In this document: positions 29,551 through 39,601 of the stretch, piece after piece
Numbering within the stretch: the stretch's first letter is position 1
Layout: each line of letters begins with the position of its first letter
Origin: Armatimonadota bacterium
Lineage (GTDB): Bacteria; Armatimonadota; UBA5829; DTLH01
Assembly: GCA_038207085.1 (NCBI GenBank)
Contig: JBBRAE010000003.1
Coordinates: forward strand, 1-64,000
Length of the DNA stretch: 64,000 bases
Direction: 5' to 3'
Notes under the pieces: model-generated
Database searches by the model: none
What the model saw: the letters and a program-made list of their open reading frames with translations, nothing else
Told to the model about the DNA's origin: nothing
Translations under genes and position numbers: made by a program

Positions 29551-32500
29551 TTACAGAGCTACTATCTGCACGTCGTCGATGTCCACATATCCCCCGCGTC
29601 CCTGAACAAGGGTCTGCCCGCCTATGATCGCGAGCGCCGGTTTGGTCGAATCAGCCTCAGCGTCGAGCACTACAGTGTTGTCAAACTTCACAATATGCCG
29701 CTTCCCTCGCACCTCGACGGACAACGTGTGCCACGCCACGTCAGGCACTCCAAGCACTGCACGAGCGGTGCTCTGGGACTTCCTAAACGTCAGATCTGTA
29801 GCCATTGAAGTAAACTGGCTCGTGCCGGAGTCGAACCCCCAGGTCTCCAGCCCATCGGTCGGGTCGGCGTCGACCCAGAGCTCATAGGGCTTCGCCCCTT
29901 CTCCATATGTCAGGCCAAAAATCCCATACCAACCCGAATACTTGTCTTTGGGAAGCTCACCTAGCTTGAACCGAAGCGACACCCGGTAGTCGCTGAGCCC
30001 CGCTAAAGCCTCATCGACTACCCGAACCCCGGTTCCCTGGTGCGAAGGTTTCAGCCTGAATGCGATGTTCCCGGGGTCGGTCTCAATCGTCTTCCACTCG
30101 CCCGGCACGTACCCCGGAACTTCCTTCCACCCCGACCCGAGGCCAAGCTGCATATCATCGAAGAACGTTGTCTTCGCGGGCCTCGCCGGTGGGAGTTGCG
30201 CCTCCGTGAGCGCTCCCACGAGCAGCCTCGTTCCGAAGTTGGCAGAGAGCTTCACCGTTGTCGCGCCGTCTTTACCCGATGGGAGAACCTCGCGGGTTTC
30301 GGCGTCCATCCAAGCCTTGATGCCACTCATTGCGACGCTCGTCTCAGCAGGAGTCTTTGCGTAGCTCTGCAGAAGGATCATCACCTCGGGCTTGGACTTG
30401 CGGACCATCCCCAGCCACTTCACATCGCTGTTTGAGACGGCAAATGGCAGATCATCGGCCCAGTAGTTGACGTGCTCGACGTCGTCGCTCCCGTAGCCGA
30501 ACTGCCGGATCATCGCCGACATCGGCCCGTCCATCCGGTTCATAATCTCGTGGACCCAGCCCATTCCGGCGTTGGCTCTGGGATCCTTTCCTCCGCTGAG
30601 CTCGGAATGTGAGTGCATCTGCTGCCCAATCTGCCGCCCAACGACCTCCGCAAGCAAAAAGTCCGGCGGATACGGTGCGTACTCCATATCGCCGCTCCAA
30701 TTCGCCGATGTGTCGGTCTTGCCCTTCCACACCCACTCAAGGTCGAGGTTGCATGTGGCCCATTCCTGGATCGGCAGCAGCGTTGTGTTGGTCGAGTGCA
30801 GAGTGAACCGAAGCGGAGGGTTCATCCCGTGCTCGTTATGATAGTTCATCATATTCCAGATGCGCTGGTAGTATTCTCTCTGCGCCCAGACACCGTCCGC
30901 GGGCTGGATTTTGCCAAGTTCGGTCATGTGCGCTTCAGACTTGTTCGGGTCAAGCGAGAGATGCGGGTAGGTATTGTCGAAGTAGAGGCTTATCCCCCGC
31001 TTCATAAACTCGTTGCCGTAGTAGACAGAGAAATCGACCAGGCTGTCCGTGTAGAAACCGGCGATCATATTCCCTGAGCGTCCGGTCTCTTTCATATAGG
31101 GCGAATCGTAGATGACCCGGTTCTTCTCGCGGATAGGCCAGGCTCCAAGGAACTGCCGTGCCGTCCACTCGTTTGCGTAGGTGTCGAAGTCGGTCTGACC
31201 GGGGTCGGTCCAGTGCTCTTCATAGTAGATGCTGTCCATCGGTCCTTGCTCGGCCACTCCAGCCCAGCGCGCAACCCATGACTCGGGGGTCATGTCCTCG
31301 GGCCATCCCTTGGCTTTCATCTCCTCGACTTTGTCATAGAGGAACGTGGTATCGGGAGTACCGCCTGCGGCCTTGATCTTCCTGTTCTCGATTGACTTGT
31401 CGACCAGGCTGAAATCGTGGTCTATTGGGAACTTGGTGCAGCAGAACCTGCCGAAAGCCGGGGTCATATAGCCCCAGGATGCGAACTTGTCGACAGTGCG
31501 GAAGTCCTTGCTCATCGGCTTGGTGGGCGACGACTGCAGCCCGAAGACGATGTGCCGCCCCTCCGTGACCTGCGAAGGTTTGTTGATGAGGTAGACCCTC
31601 AGGACGAGCTTGTCGCCCTCGCGGGTAATGACTTGTCCGGGCTTGTTCATGTCCGGAATCCAGCCGTTGTCGCTGTCGGCGAACCACGCAAGCCCGCGCC
31701 CCGGCCCGCCCATCCAGAAGTAGGCGACAAACGGGTTGACGGTGTAGTTGATCGAGCAGCGCATGTTGGTCGAGTCCCACACAACGCCGTCGTCCTGACC
31801 TTCGGTGCCCGGCTCAACTGACCAAAGCGGCGGTCGGCGGTCCTTCCACTCAGCAAGCGGCGGCTCCCAGACGATCTTGCCGCCCCGGGGCATTTTCCCG
31901 GCGTAGTTCCACCTGATCCCCGCCATATGCGTCGCGTGGAAGAGCGACATTTCGCTGTCTTTCATGGGGATTTCAACCCACATTCGCTTTACAGTCTCAG
32001 GTGCGCTTCCGGGCAGAACGTCCATCTCGACCCGGGTGCAGCCGTCATACTCTGTTTTAGAAACAGTCCGAATCTTGAGCGCCCCGGCGTCGGCCTGGGC
32101 CTCGTAGACCGCCATATTGCCCTTGACCGACTTAAAGCGCCCCTCGCCGAACTTCCAGTCTTTGATGCCCTGCTCGGTCTCGACTTTGATGGTCATCGGT
32201 CCGGTCAGAAGGTCGCGCCCCTCGCTTTTGAGCTCATCGTAGAGCCCGAACCCGTTCATCCGAACGACTCTGCCGCTGGAGAGCTTGATCGAGTCGCCCG
32301 CAACCGAGATCGGCTCGAACGGGTAGTACACCTTGTCGGTTATGCCGAGGGTGTTGCGCTCCCAGGGAAGCGTCTCGCGCTTGAACTCGATCGGAACGGC
32401 CTTCATTCCATTGTCGAGCGTGATGCGCACCTCGTAGTCGCCGTCAGCGAGGTCGGGGATCGTCACATAGTCTTCGGCGTACTGCTTGCCGTTGAAAACG

Positions 32501-34245
32501 AGGTTCATCCGGGCAAGCACTCTGCCGCCCAGCTTTGAGACAACCTGCGCCGACGCCGTGCGCACGCCCTTCACCTCATCCTGATAGGCGTATGTGCTGA
32601 GATCAGCCGCCGCGCCGACCTTCTCTTGATACGGATAAAAACTGGTCTGGCAGCTTCGAGTGAGAAGCTCTTCGCGCATCGAGTAAGCCTTGCCAAACGT
32701 AAGCACTTCAAGATTCGCCCCAAGCGCGCGGGTCTTCTCGTCCTGCGGACGAACTGTGTTTTTGCCCACAAGGTTCGCCGATTTCCCCGCCGTGAACTTC
32801 CCTTCAACGACGACATTGCCGTTGTCCCCAGAGACGCTTGCGGCAGTTACGGAGTCGTCCGGGCCAACAAAAAGCACCCCGCTGTTTCTCAAGACGACGC
32901 TTCCAAACGAATAGCTTGCAGGCGTTGTGTCAGAGATTGACGTGCAAATATTATACATACTTCGACAAGGCTGGCCGTTGTTGTCGACAACGAGCGTCCC
33001 CTGCCCTTTTGCGTCCTTCGGGGTCTCGATGTAGATCGTGCCCGCGGCAGCCGGAGTGCTCCATCGTCCCTCACCGCCATAGGCCTGAAGCCTGACCTTG
33101 CCGGTAGATGTTCCATTGGCTAGAACCACTGCGACGCGCCCACCGCCGCCGCCGCCCCTGCTATGAGCAAACCCCGGAGCATCGCTTCCGTTCGCGCTTA
33201 TCACGCCGTTGCCCGAAATCTTGTTCGCCGTTATATAGACCGATCCGCCGCTTGCACCGGTCTCCCCGACAAGCGCGCCGTCTGCCATGATCTTACCTTC
33301 GATGGTCAGAGCGCCCGCGACTATGAGCCGAATCGCCCCGCCGCCATAAGCACCTTTGCCGCTCCAGAAAGTATCGTCTTCAGTGTAGGCGCTGTATTTG
33401 TAGTCAGGCGCTTTGAACGACTTCGCGCCGCTTCCAAGGCTCATCGGGGCAGTGATCGAACCGTAGGTCGAGCCTCCTGCAAAGACCCAGATACCCGACC
33501 CCATCGGCCACTGACCGTAGAAATAGTGGGGCTGGACCGTGTCCCACCCATAGGGGTTACGGTAGATCCCCGCGCCGCGTCCACCGTACCCGGGGCCTGC
33601 GGGGGAGATCGGAATTGGCTGACCGTAGAGCGAATCGCTCGCGGCTGTGCCGTAGTCGGTGTCGCGCGACGAAGCTTCAGACTTTGCCTTCGGCATATCG
33701 AGCACAGGAGTCCCAGGGCCTTCGGTAAACCCTTTGCCGGTCGCGGTGATAACACCAGGCACGCTCAAGTTGCCCCCAACGATAACCGTGCGACCCTTGC
33801 CTTCGCCATCAGTTGACGATCTGGGGCATGTAAGATAACACCCCGGCATCACCGACAGATTCCCGCCCACCGAGAGCTCTCCGGGTTTGTCGGACAGAAA
33901 CGTCCAGCCCACAACCGAGCCTCCGGCAAGCGACATATCCCCTTTGACCGAAAGACTCCCCTGCTGGGTGATCGTCCCAAGGTATCCCGGTTCGACTCGG
34001 ACCGCCCCGACGCTTGATACGTCAACCAAAGCCTCGCCGCTGGCCGACTTATCAAAAACCGCCGTGTCCCCGCCCCCGGGAACCCCGGCTCGGCCATGCC
34101 CACCGGACATACTCGACCAGTTCTTGGGCTCAGACCACTTGCCGGCATCTTTGCCGACCCAGTACAAGTCCGCCGCCCAGGCACTCCCGGCCATACCCAG
34201 CAAAGCACAAAACGCCAATCCCTTTGCGACTGAAAACATTCTCAT
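29551..34245 (-). CDS. Large secreted protein: Gly-rich beta-solenoid N-terminus, DUF6067/GH123-like glycoside hydrolase region, C-terminal jelly-roll domain
   Basis: Signal peptide (AWA-ADL); GGGAIRL...GASGGSV...GGGGGRVAV repeats; TEYDGC, GLAWFADS, FGLQSSPTKP, SLYFDN; GGAGG RBS. Confidence 0.62.
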   Translation of the reverse strand: MRMFSVAKGLAFCALLGMAGSAWAADLYWVGKDAGKWSEPKNWSSMSGGHGRAGVPGGGDTAVFDKSASGEALVDVSSVGAVRVEPGYLGTITQQGSLSVKGDMSLAGGSVVGWTFLSDKPGELSVGGNLSVMPGCYLTCPRSSTDGEGKGRTVIVGGNLSVPGVITATGKGFTEGPGTPVLDMPKAKSEASSRDTDYGTAASDSLYGQPIPISPAGPGYGGRGAGIYRNPYGWDTVQPHYFYGQWPMGSGIWVFAGGSTYGSITAPMSLGSGAKSFKAPDYKYSAYTEDDTFWSGKGAYGGGAIRLIVAGALTIEGKIMADGALVGETGASGGSVYITANKISGNGVISANGSDAPGFAHSRGGGGGGRVAVVLANGTSTGKVRLQAYGGEGRWSTPAAAGTIYIETPKDAKGQGTLVVDNNGQPCRSMYNICTSISDTTPASYSFGSVVLRNSGVLFVGPDDSVTAASVSGDNGNVVVEGKFTAGKSANLVGKNTVRPQDEKTRALGANLEVLTFGKAYSMREELLTRSCQTSFYPYQEKVGAAADLSTYAYQDEVKGVRTASAQVVSKLGGRVLARMNLVFNGKQYAEDYVTIPDLADGDYEVRITLDNGMKAVPIEFKRETLPWERNTLGITDKVYYPFEPISVAGDSIKLSSGRVVRMNGFGLYDELKSEGRDLLTGPMTIKVETEQGIKDWKFGEGRFKSVKGNMAVYEAQADAGALKIRTVSKTEYDGCTRVEMDVLPGSAPETVKRMWVEIPMKDSEMSLFHATHMAGIRWNYAGKMPRGGKIVWEPPLAEWKDRRPPLWSVEPGTEGQDDGVVWDSTNMRCSINYTVNPFVAYFWMGGPGRGLAWFADSDNGWIPDMNKPGQVITREGDKLVLRVYLINKPSQVTEGRHIVFGLQSSPTKPMSKDFRTVDKFASWGYMTPAFGRFCCTKFPIDHDFSLVDKSIENRKIKAAGGTPDTTFLYDKVEEMKAKGWPEDMTPESWVARWAGVAEQGPMDSIYYEEHWTDPGQTDFDTYANEWTARQFLGAWPIREKNRVIYDSPYMKETGRSGNMIAGFYTDSLVDFSVYYGNEFMKRGISLYFDNTYPHLSLDPNKSEAHMTELGKIQPADGVWAQREYYQRIWNMMNYHNEHGMNPPLRFTLHSTNTTLLPIQEWATCNLDLEWVWKGKTDTSANWSGDMEYAPYPPDFLLAEVVGRQIGQQMHSHSELSGGKDPRANAGMGWVHEIMNRMDGPMSAMIRQFGYGSDDVEHVNYWADDLPFAVSNSDVKWLGMVRKSKPEVMILLQSYAKTPAETSVAMSGIKAWMDAETREVLPSGKDGATTVKLSANFGTRLLVGALTEAQLPPARPAKTTFFDDMQLGLGSGWKEVPGYVPGEWKTIETDPGNIAFRLKPSHQGTGVRVVDEALAGLSDYRVSLRFKLGELPKDKYSGWYGIFGLTYGEGAKPYELWVDADPTDGLETWGFDSGTSQFTSMATDLTFRKSQSTARAVLGVPDVAWHTLSVEVRGKRHIVKFDNTVVLDAEADSTKPALAIIGGQTLVQGRGGYVDIDDVQIVAL

Positions 34246-34358
34246 TTAACGATTCCTCCGTCCATACGCTCACCTGCACATCGTGTACAAATCAACCATA
34301 TAAGACGCTGGCTCCCCGCATTTATGCCCACTTGTACATGCGTTTGTTGAACTTGACG

Positions 34359-34396
34359 AAAAAAATCGGGTGGCGATCCAAAAGACCACCACCCGA
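34359..34396 (-). terminator. Rho-independent terminator of the 1093-aa gene
   Basis: On the minus strand TCGGGTGGTGGTC-TTTTG-GATCGCCACCCGA followed by T7. Confidence 0.8.
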
Positions 34397-34442
34397 GCTA
34401 TGAGACGTACCTCCGGCCTCTCCGACCGGAAGCTTTTGCGTG

Positions 34443-37400
34443 TTACGGTTCGATCGCGTTTGCGATCTGGTCGCGTACCGACGCCACCTTGCCAATGTCC
34501 TGAGTGTAGGACGTGTAGCTGGTGACGAGCTGGTTCACGTAGTTCATCACAGCCGCGCGGCCCTGTTTCTGCTCAAGCAGCCACAGATACTGGTAGTCTT
34601 CGAGACCGTCGCGTACCAACTCCATTCGGATCGATGATACGCCGCTTGCGATTCCTACCTGCGCGCCAGGATAGTAAAGGATACCTTCGCCGTAAGACGA
34701 GGGATTGTTCTTCATGTTGGTCCAGGGGTTAGGACACCCACCCCAGAAGTTCGCACACCACCAGAGCTGACCCGGTGCATCGTAGTGATAACCAAGCCAT
34801 GTCTGAAGTCTGGGCTCGACCGCCGGGGTGATGCCGCCGTTTCGGGCGACGCCATACCAGTTATAGGTCCAGATCATATCGCCCGCTGCTCTGCGCTCGG
34901 CGATCTCAGGCTCCATCAGACTCACCAAGCCGGAGCCTATGCACCACACATCGATATAATCCTTCAGATAGTCGAAGTGGGTGACGCGGCTCCAGTACTG
35001 CTGCCAGTTGGCGCCCTTTGCAGGCTCAGTAGCCGCGGATGATACGTGTGCGACTTTGCACTTGAACAGATAGTTCATGTAGTAGTATGCCTGGGCTGCG
35101 TGCCCTGCCTTCTCACCGACAGCATAGCTCCTGCCCGACACCCAGCTGGGCTCCGTGGTCTGACGCGGCATATCTGAGAAGGTGATCATTGTCTTCAGGC
35201 GCGGGTCACACCCGTGGATGTAGTTCGCGGTCTGCTTGACCTGCTCGAATATGTCGACGGTATAGGGCTCGTCGTAGCAGTACATGTAGGCCTTGTCGAG
35301 CACTCCAAGCTGAGCGTACTTGGCTGCCGCGTTCTTCATCCAGGTAGCGTCCGTGCTGTATGGCATGATGAAACTCGACATTCGGGGGTCGCTCAGAACC
35401 TGAGTGCCTGTGGTGGACATAACATCGGTGCCCCAGGGCAGATAGTAGGACGAGATGCCCCGGGTGAGCATGAACTCATAGTAGGCCCTGTGGAGATTGG
35501 CGTACTCGAGCGTCCCGCCGGCCACGTTGTGCTGCTTGCCCATCTCGTCGTCGCGGAACCCGAAGGATGTCGCGCACTTCCACTGGTCGGGAAGTGTGAT
35601 GTTGTAGACGTGCAGTGTGTAAGGCACATCGGTCTTCGCGCCGCTTGCGTCAGAGATAGTGACCATGCCGCTGTAGTCGCCTGTGGGCGTAGTCTTCGGC
35701 ACGTAAACATCTACCCATATCGGCTGAGTCTGACCAGCAGCCAGGTTAAACGCTCCCTTGTAAGGAGGCAGCGCGTCCGGGTAGTCGACATTGAAGTCCT
35801 GCAGCGGAATGTAGGTGGTCATAAACAGAGTCACGTTGCTTGCCGCAATCGACCCGCCGGGGCCTGTCAGGTTGCCCGGTGTGAGCGTAACTGAGCTGGT
35901 TGATGTCGTCTTGCCACGAAGCGCTATTTGGAACGCCTCATGCTCGTGCCTTGCGGCCTTGATACCGATGGTGTTAAGCGCCTGTGCGGCCTCGGTCTTG
36001 TAGACCTTCTCCATAGAAGTCTTGGTCCAGACCGAGTAGTTCGCATTTATCGGCGTAGGAGGCGAAGGTGGCGCAACGATACTGACATCGGCGATGCTCT
36101 CGACTCTCATAACAGGCACGAACGCGCCCGACGAGTCTTTCTCCACGCCGACGCAGCCAAGGACCGTCGCCTGCCCGGATGTATAGGTGTTATCGGCACA
36201 GTAAACCTTGACCGAACGGGTTGAGTCGCTCAGGTTGAACGTTCCCGCGGTCAGGTTGGCGGTTCCAAGCGTGCCGGTGACCTGGACGAGTAAGCCCGTC
36301 ATAGCGACCGTTCCGTAGAGCGAGGAAACCGCTGTCGATATAGCCGATACTTTCGATGAAAGTGTCGAAACCGTCTGTCCAGTAAGCGTGATCGTTCTCT
36401 CCCCGTTGGTCGTTCCGAGGGTTCCCTTGACCGACACAAGCTGGCCTTCGTCCGCAGTGGTCGTTCCAACCACGCAGATGCCGTTGGTACGGTCGGCTTC
36501 TTCGATGTAGAACCCTGTCGTTACGTTACCCGTCGAGCCCTTCTCGCGAACCAGCTTTGTTCGGGCCTTGGTGTTGACATCAACACTTGTGCCGTCTGCG
36601 AGGTTCTTGAGCTCTGAGAGATTGGTCACGGTTGTGGGAGTAGGCGTAGGATTGGGAGTGGGGTCCGGCGTCGGAGTAGGAGTTATCGCAGAGGTGTCAA
36701 CCATCCCCACGCCTCTTAAGCTAAGACCAGCCTTGACGTTGGCCTCTGTCACGATCCCGGAGTATGCAAAAGGAGTGCCGGTCGCTGGGATGTTGTACCA
36801 CTGCAGGGAAGCAGTCGTATTTGCGCTTAGGACCATCTCGGCGGTCTTGTCGCCGTCGATGCAGCCGAACGCAAGCGCACCCGCGCTGCTGATCCACGAA
36901 ACGGTCGTGCCGGTGATCGTGGTGTAGGCAAACTTGCCGTCACAGGCATACAGCGTCGGTGTGGCAGCCGCGGTCGAGTAGAAGACGATGCGTCTTGTGG
37001 GCTGCCCTGAGAGAACAGTTCCACCGCCGACGGGCACCCAGTTGTTGTAGGGCGCTCTGCGGTCGGCGCCTGCGAGGCTGCTTCTCCATCCCATCGCTTG
37101 TCCGGAGCGCCACCATACGAGGTCGCCCGCGTAGCCACGGCTGGAGACGTCGAGCGCGAAGGCTCGGTCCATCTTGCCAAGGGCGGTGCGGTAGGCGCCG
37201 TCCGGCCTGATGTAGTAGGCCTGACCGAGGCTTGCACTCTTGAAGACGATCTGTCCGATCGTCCCTGAGGCGCTCGTGCGCACTACGGTAAGCGGAATAG
37301 CGTCGATTGGGGTGTTGAGAATGGCATGATCGTTCGACGCGGCGTATGCGCCGTTAGCGGAGACCTTGTAGTAACCGAGGCCGCCTTTGATGGCATTGGT

Positions 37401-37694
37401 GTAGACGATCTCATCGTTTAACCCGTTGCCGTCGACATCGCCGACAACTGCGTTCCTCATCCTCTCGGTCCCCACAAGCGGCACGACTGTCTTTGTGCCT
37501 GAGAGATACATTTGGTTCATACCGGATGAGATGGGTTGGTATATGATGGCGGGTACTGTAGCCGCAAACACCGAGCCTGCGACCAAAACGGACAACACTA
37601 CGGCCAGCGCTACAAGCGTTGACCAACTGCGGACTCTTCGCCCCTGCGACCCCTCGGCCTCCATGCCGAGCTGTCGATGATATGGGTAATTCAC
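34443..37694 (-). CDS. Secreted modular GH123-like (DUF4091) glycoside hydrolase with N-terminal propeller-like region, PT linker, OB-fold region and CBM5/12-like insert
   Basis: ARHEHEAFQI, YPDALPP, QPIWVDVYVP, YCYDEP, GEGILYYPG, SIRMELVRDGLEDYQYL; AAGGAGA RBS before GTG 37694. Confidence 0.8.
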   Translation of the reverse strand: MNYPYHRQLGMEAEGSQGRRVRSWSTLVALAVVLSVLVAGSVFAATVPAIIYQPISSGMNQMYLSGTKTVVPLVGTERMRNAVVGDVDGNGLNDEIVYTNAIKGGLGYYKVSANGAYAASNDHAILNTPIDAIPLTVVRTSASGTIGQIVFKSASLGQAYYIRPDGAYRTALGKMDRAFALDVSSRGYAGDLVWWRSGQAMGWRSSLAGADRRAPYNNWVPVGGGTVLSGQPTRRIVFYSTAAATPTLYACDGKFAYTTITGTTVSWISSAGALAFGCIDGDKTAEMVLSANTTASLQWYNIPATGTPFAYSGIVTEANVKAGLSLRGVGMVDTSAITPTPTPDPTPNPTPTPTTVTNLSELKNLADGTSVDVNTKARTKLVREKGSTGNVTTGFYIEEADRTNGICVVGTTTADEGQLVSVKGTLGTTNGERTITLTGQTVSTLSSKVSAISTAVSSLYGTVAMTGLLVQVTGTLGTANLTAGTFNLSDSTRSVKVYCADNTYTSGQATVLGCVGVEKDSSGAFVPVMRVESIADVSIVAPPSPPTPINANYSVWTKTSMEKVYKTEAAQALNTIGIKAARHEHEAFQIALRGKTTSTSSVTLTPGNLTGPGGSIAASNVTLFMTTYIPLQDFNVDYPDALPPYKGAFNLAAGQTQPIWVDVYVPKTTPTGDYSGMVTISDASGAKTDVPYTLHVYNITLPDQWKCATSFGFRDDEMGKQHNVAGGTLEYANLHRAYYEFMLTRGISSYYLPWGTDVMSTTGTQVLSDPRMSSFIMPYSTDATWMKNAAAKYAQLGVLDKAYMYCYDEPYTVDIFEQVKQTANYIHGCDPRLKTMITFSDMPRQTTEPSWVSGRSYAVGEKAGHAAQAYYYMNYLFKCKVAHVSSAATEPAKGANWQQYWSRVTHFDYLKDYIDVWCIGSGLVSLMEPEIAERRAAGDMIWTYNWYGVARNGGITPAVEPRLQTWLGYHYDAPGQLWWCANFWGGCPNPWTNMKNNPSSYGEGILYYPGAQVGIASGVSSIRMELVRDGLEDYQYLWLLEQKQGRAAVMNYVNQLVTSYTSYTQDIGKVASVRDQIANAIEP

Positions 37695-38238
37695 GGTTTC
37701 TCCTTTCAACTGTCGAAAAAACAACCTCTTACATTTGATTCAAGACACATTCAGTTCTCCTGTCGTATCTTTTCGTTTGAGATTCTGCCTGGAGTCGTCG
37801 GGGCCAATGCCCGAGCATCCACGGCGGGTGTTTTACGGGTTGAGCAAGTTCGTCAGGGATGGGCGTTCCCTTAGATAGATAAACAAACGCGAGGTTTGCT
37901 TGCTGAGGCAAATTGTAATACGAATCGGACCTTCACCACCTACCTTTCGATACTCTGAAAGATGGGTTAGCTCGATGCCTCCGGCAATATCAATACTTGG
38001 GCGAGGATACCGCCGACGGCATCAGACTGAGCTATACACCGACTTTTTAGACGATGGTCCACCATTACTGTTCCGTTAGTTTTACGCACAGGCAACAAGT
38101 AATTTTGACATTTATAGCACCAATTTGACCGCTTGCCTGCCATATATTGAATTTTCAGGTGTTTTCGCTGGGGTATGGCGGGTATTATAGCCCCAGCCCA
38201 CCGCCGCATAGTTGCTCTGAATTGCAGGTGCAAAATTT

Positions 38239-39600
38239 GTGCGACGCCGGGAAATTGGAGGTAACGGCAACGTGGACAGAAACACCGCAGGGGCGACGGC
38301 AACCGACGCCCCGGCCTCCGGCGCAAGACGCCACCGTGAACTCAGCCTAAAAACCAACTTCTCGTGGACGCTCGTCGGCCAAGTCATCTATACGGCTTGC
38401 CAGTGGGCGATGCTTGTCGTGCTCGCCAAGCTCGGCAGCCCGGAGATGGTCGGGCGCTTCGCTCTTGCTTTTGCAGTCACCGCGCCGGTCATCATGCTCA
38501 CCAACCTCCAGCTTCGCGCGGTTCAGGCGACAGACGCCCGCGAGGAATACCCATTCGACCAATATTTCGCGCTAAGACTCATCACATCCTCGGCTGCGAT
38601 ACTCGTCATCGCCGGAATCGCCGCATTTTCGGGCTACAAAAGCGCGGTCGCATGGGTGATCGTCGCAGTCGGGCTCGCGAAGACTTCTGAGTCTATAAGC
38701 GACATCATCCACGGACTCGCCCAGCAGCGCGAACAGATGGACAGGATCGCGATCTCGCTTGTGATCAAGGGCACGGTCTCTCTCGCGGCGCTTGCGATAG
38801 TCATCTACGCAACCAAAAACCTGATCGCAGGCACTCTCGCTCTGGCGATCTCCTGGGCGGTGGTGTTTGCCACTTACGACCTCAGGATCGTCCCCGACAT
38901 TTTGGTCGGCAAGCGCCGGTCCAGGCGAACGAGGCGGCGCACTCTTCGCCCTGAATGGAACCGGCCAAAGCTGCTGCGTCTCGCGGTGCTTTCCCTTCCA
39001 CTCGGGGTCACGATGATGCTGATCTCGCTCAACGCGAACATACCCCGCTACTTTGTCGAACGCTTCTCAGGCGAACGCGAGCTTGGAATATTTGCTGCGA
39101 TGAGCTACCTGATGGTCGCCGGGAGCACCGTAGTCGCCGCGCTCAGCCAGTCAGCCACCCCAAGGATGGCGAGGCACTTTGCAGACGGCGACGCCAAAGC
39201 GTTCACCCTTCTTCTTGGGAAACTCTCCGCGATGGGTGCAATAGTCGGACTTCTGGGTGTGGTCATTGCGGCGGTTGCGGGCAAGTGGCTTCTCACTGTG
39301 TTCTACGGGCCGGTGTACGCCCAGCAGACCGCCGTATTCGTCTGGATAGCCACCGCGACCGGCCTATCTTACATCCAATCGTTTCTTGGATGCGGGATGA
39401 CCGCCGCGCGGTGCTTCAAAGTGCAGGCGCCGTTGATCGGCGGGGCGGTAATCATCACCGCGGGGCTTAGCCTCTGGCTGATGCCAGGGCTTGGGCTCCT
39501 TGGAGCAGCAATCGCCGTAACCGTTTCGACCGCCGCACTTACGCTGGGCACCTTTGCCGTAGATGTCGTCGCCATCCGGGCGATGGGAGAGGAACGCTGA
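38239..39600 (+). CDS. wzx: Wzx-type oligosaccharide flippase
   Basis: NFSWTLVGQVIY..CQW, many TM segments, NIPRYFVE..GIFAA, GLLGAAIA; real start may be slightly downstream. Confidence 0.85.
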   Translation: MRRREIGGNGNVDRNTAGATATDAPASGARRHRELSLKTNFSWTLVGQVIYTACQWAMLVVLAKLGSPEMVGRFALAFAVTAPVIMLTNLQLRAVQATDAREEYPFDQYFALRLITSSAAILVIAGIAAFSGYKSAVAWVIVAVGLAKTSESISDIIHGLAQQREQMDRIAISLVIKGTVSLAALAIVIYATKNLIAGTLALAISWAVVFATYDLRIVPDILVGKRRSRRTRRRTLRPEWNRPKLLRLAVLSLPLGVTMMLISLNANIPRYFVERFSGERELGIFAAMSYLMVAGSTVVAALSQSATPRMARHFADGDAKAFTLLLGKLSAMGAIVGLLGVVIAAVAGKWLLTVFYGPVYAQQTAVFVWIATATGLSYIQSFLGCGMTAARCFKVQAPLIGGAVIITAGLSLWLMPGLGLLGAAIAVTVSTAALTLGTFAVDVVAIRAMGEER

Positions 39601-39601
39601 C

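Noticed and set aside
37730..37900. Possible c-di-GMP or other known riboswitch upstream of the GH123-like gene
   Set aside because: The consensus elements I know (such as GGCAAAC...GCAAA for c-di-GMP-I) were not found.
38022..38043. tRNA-Pro-like 5' sequence on the minus strand (CGGTGTATAGCTCAGTCTG)
   Set aside because: The match is only about 20 nt; no anticodon arm, TTC T-loop or acceptor complement follows.
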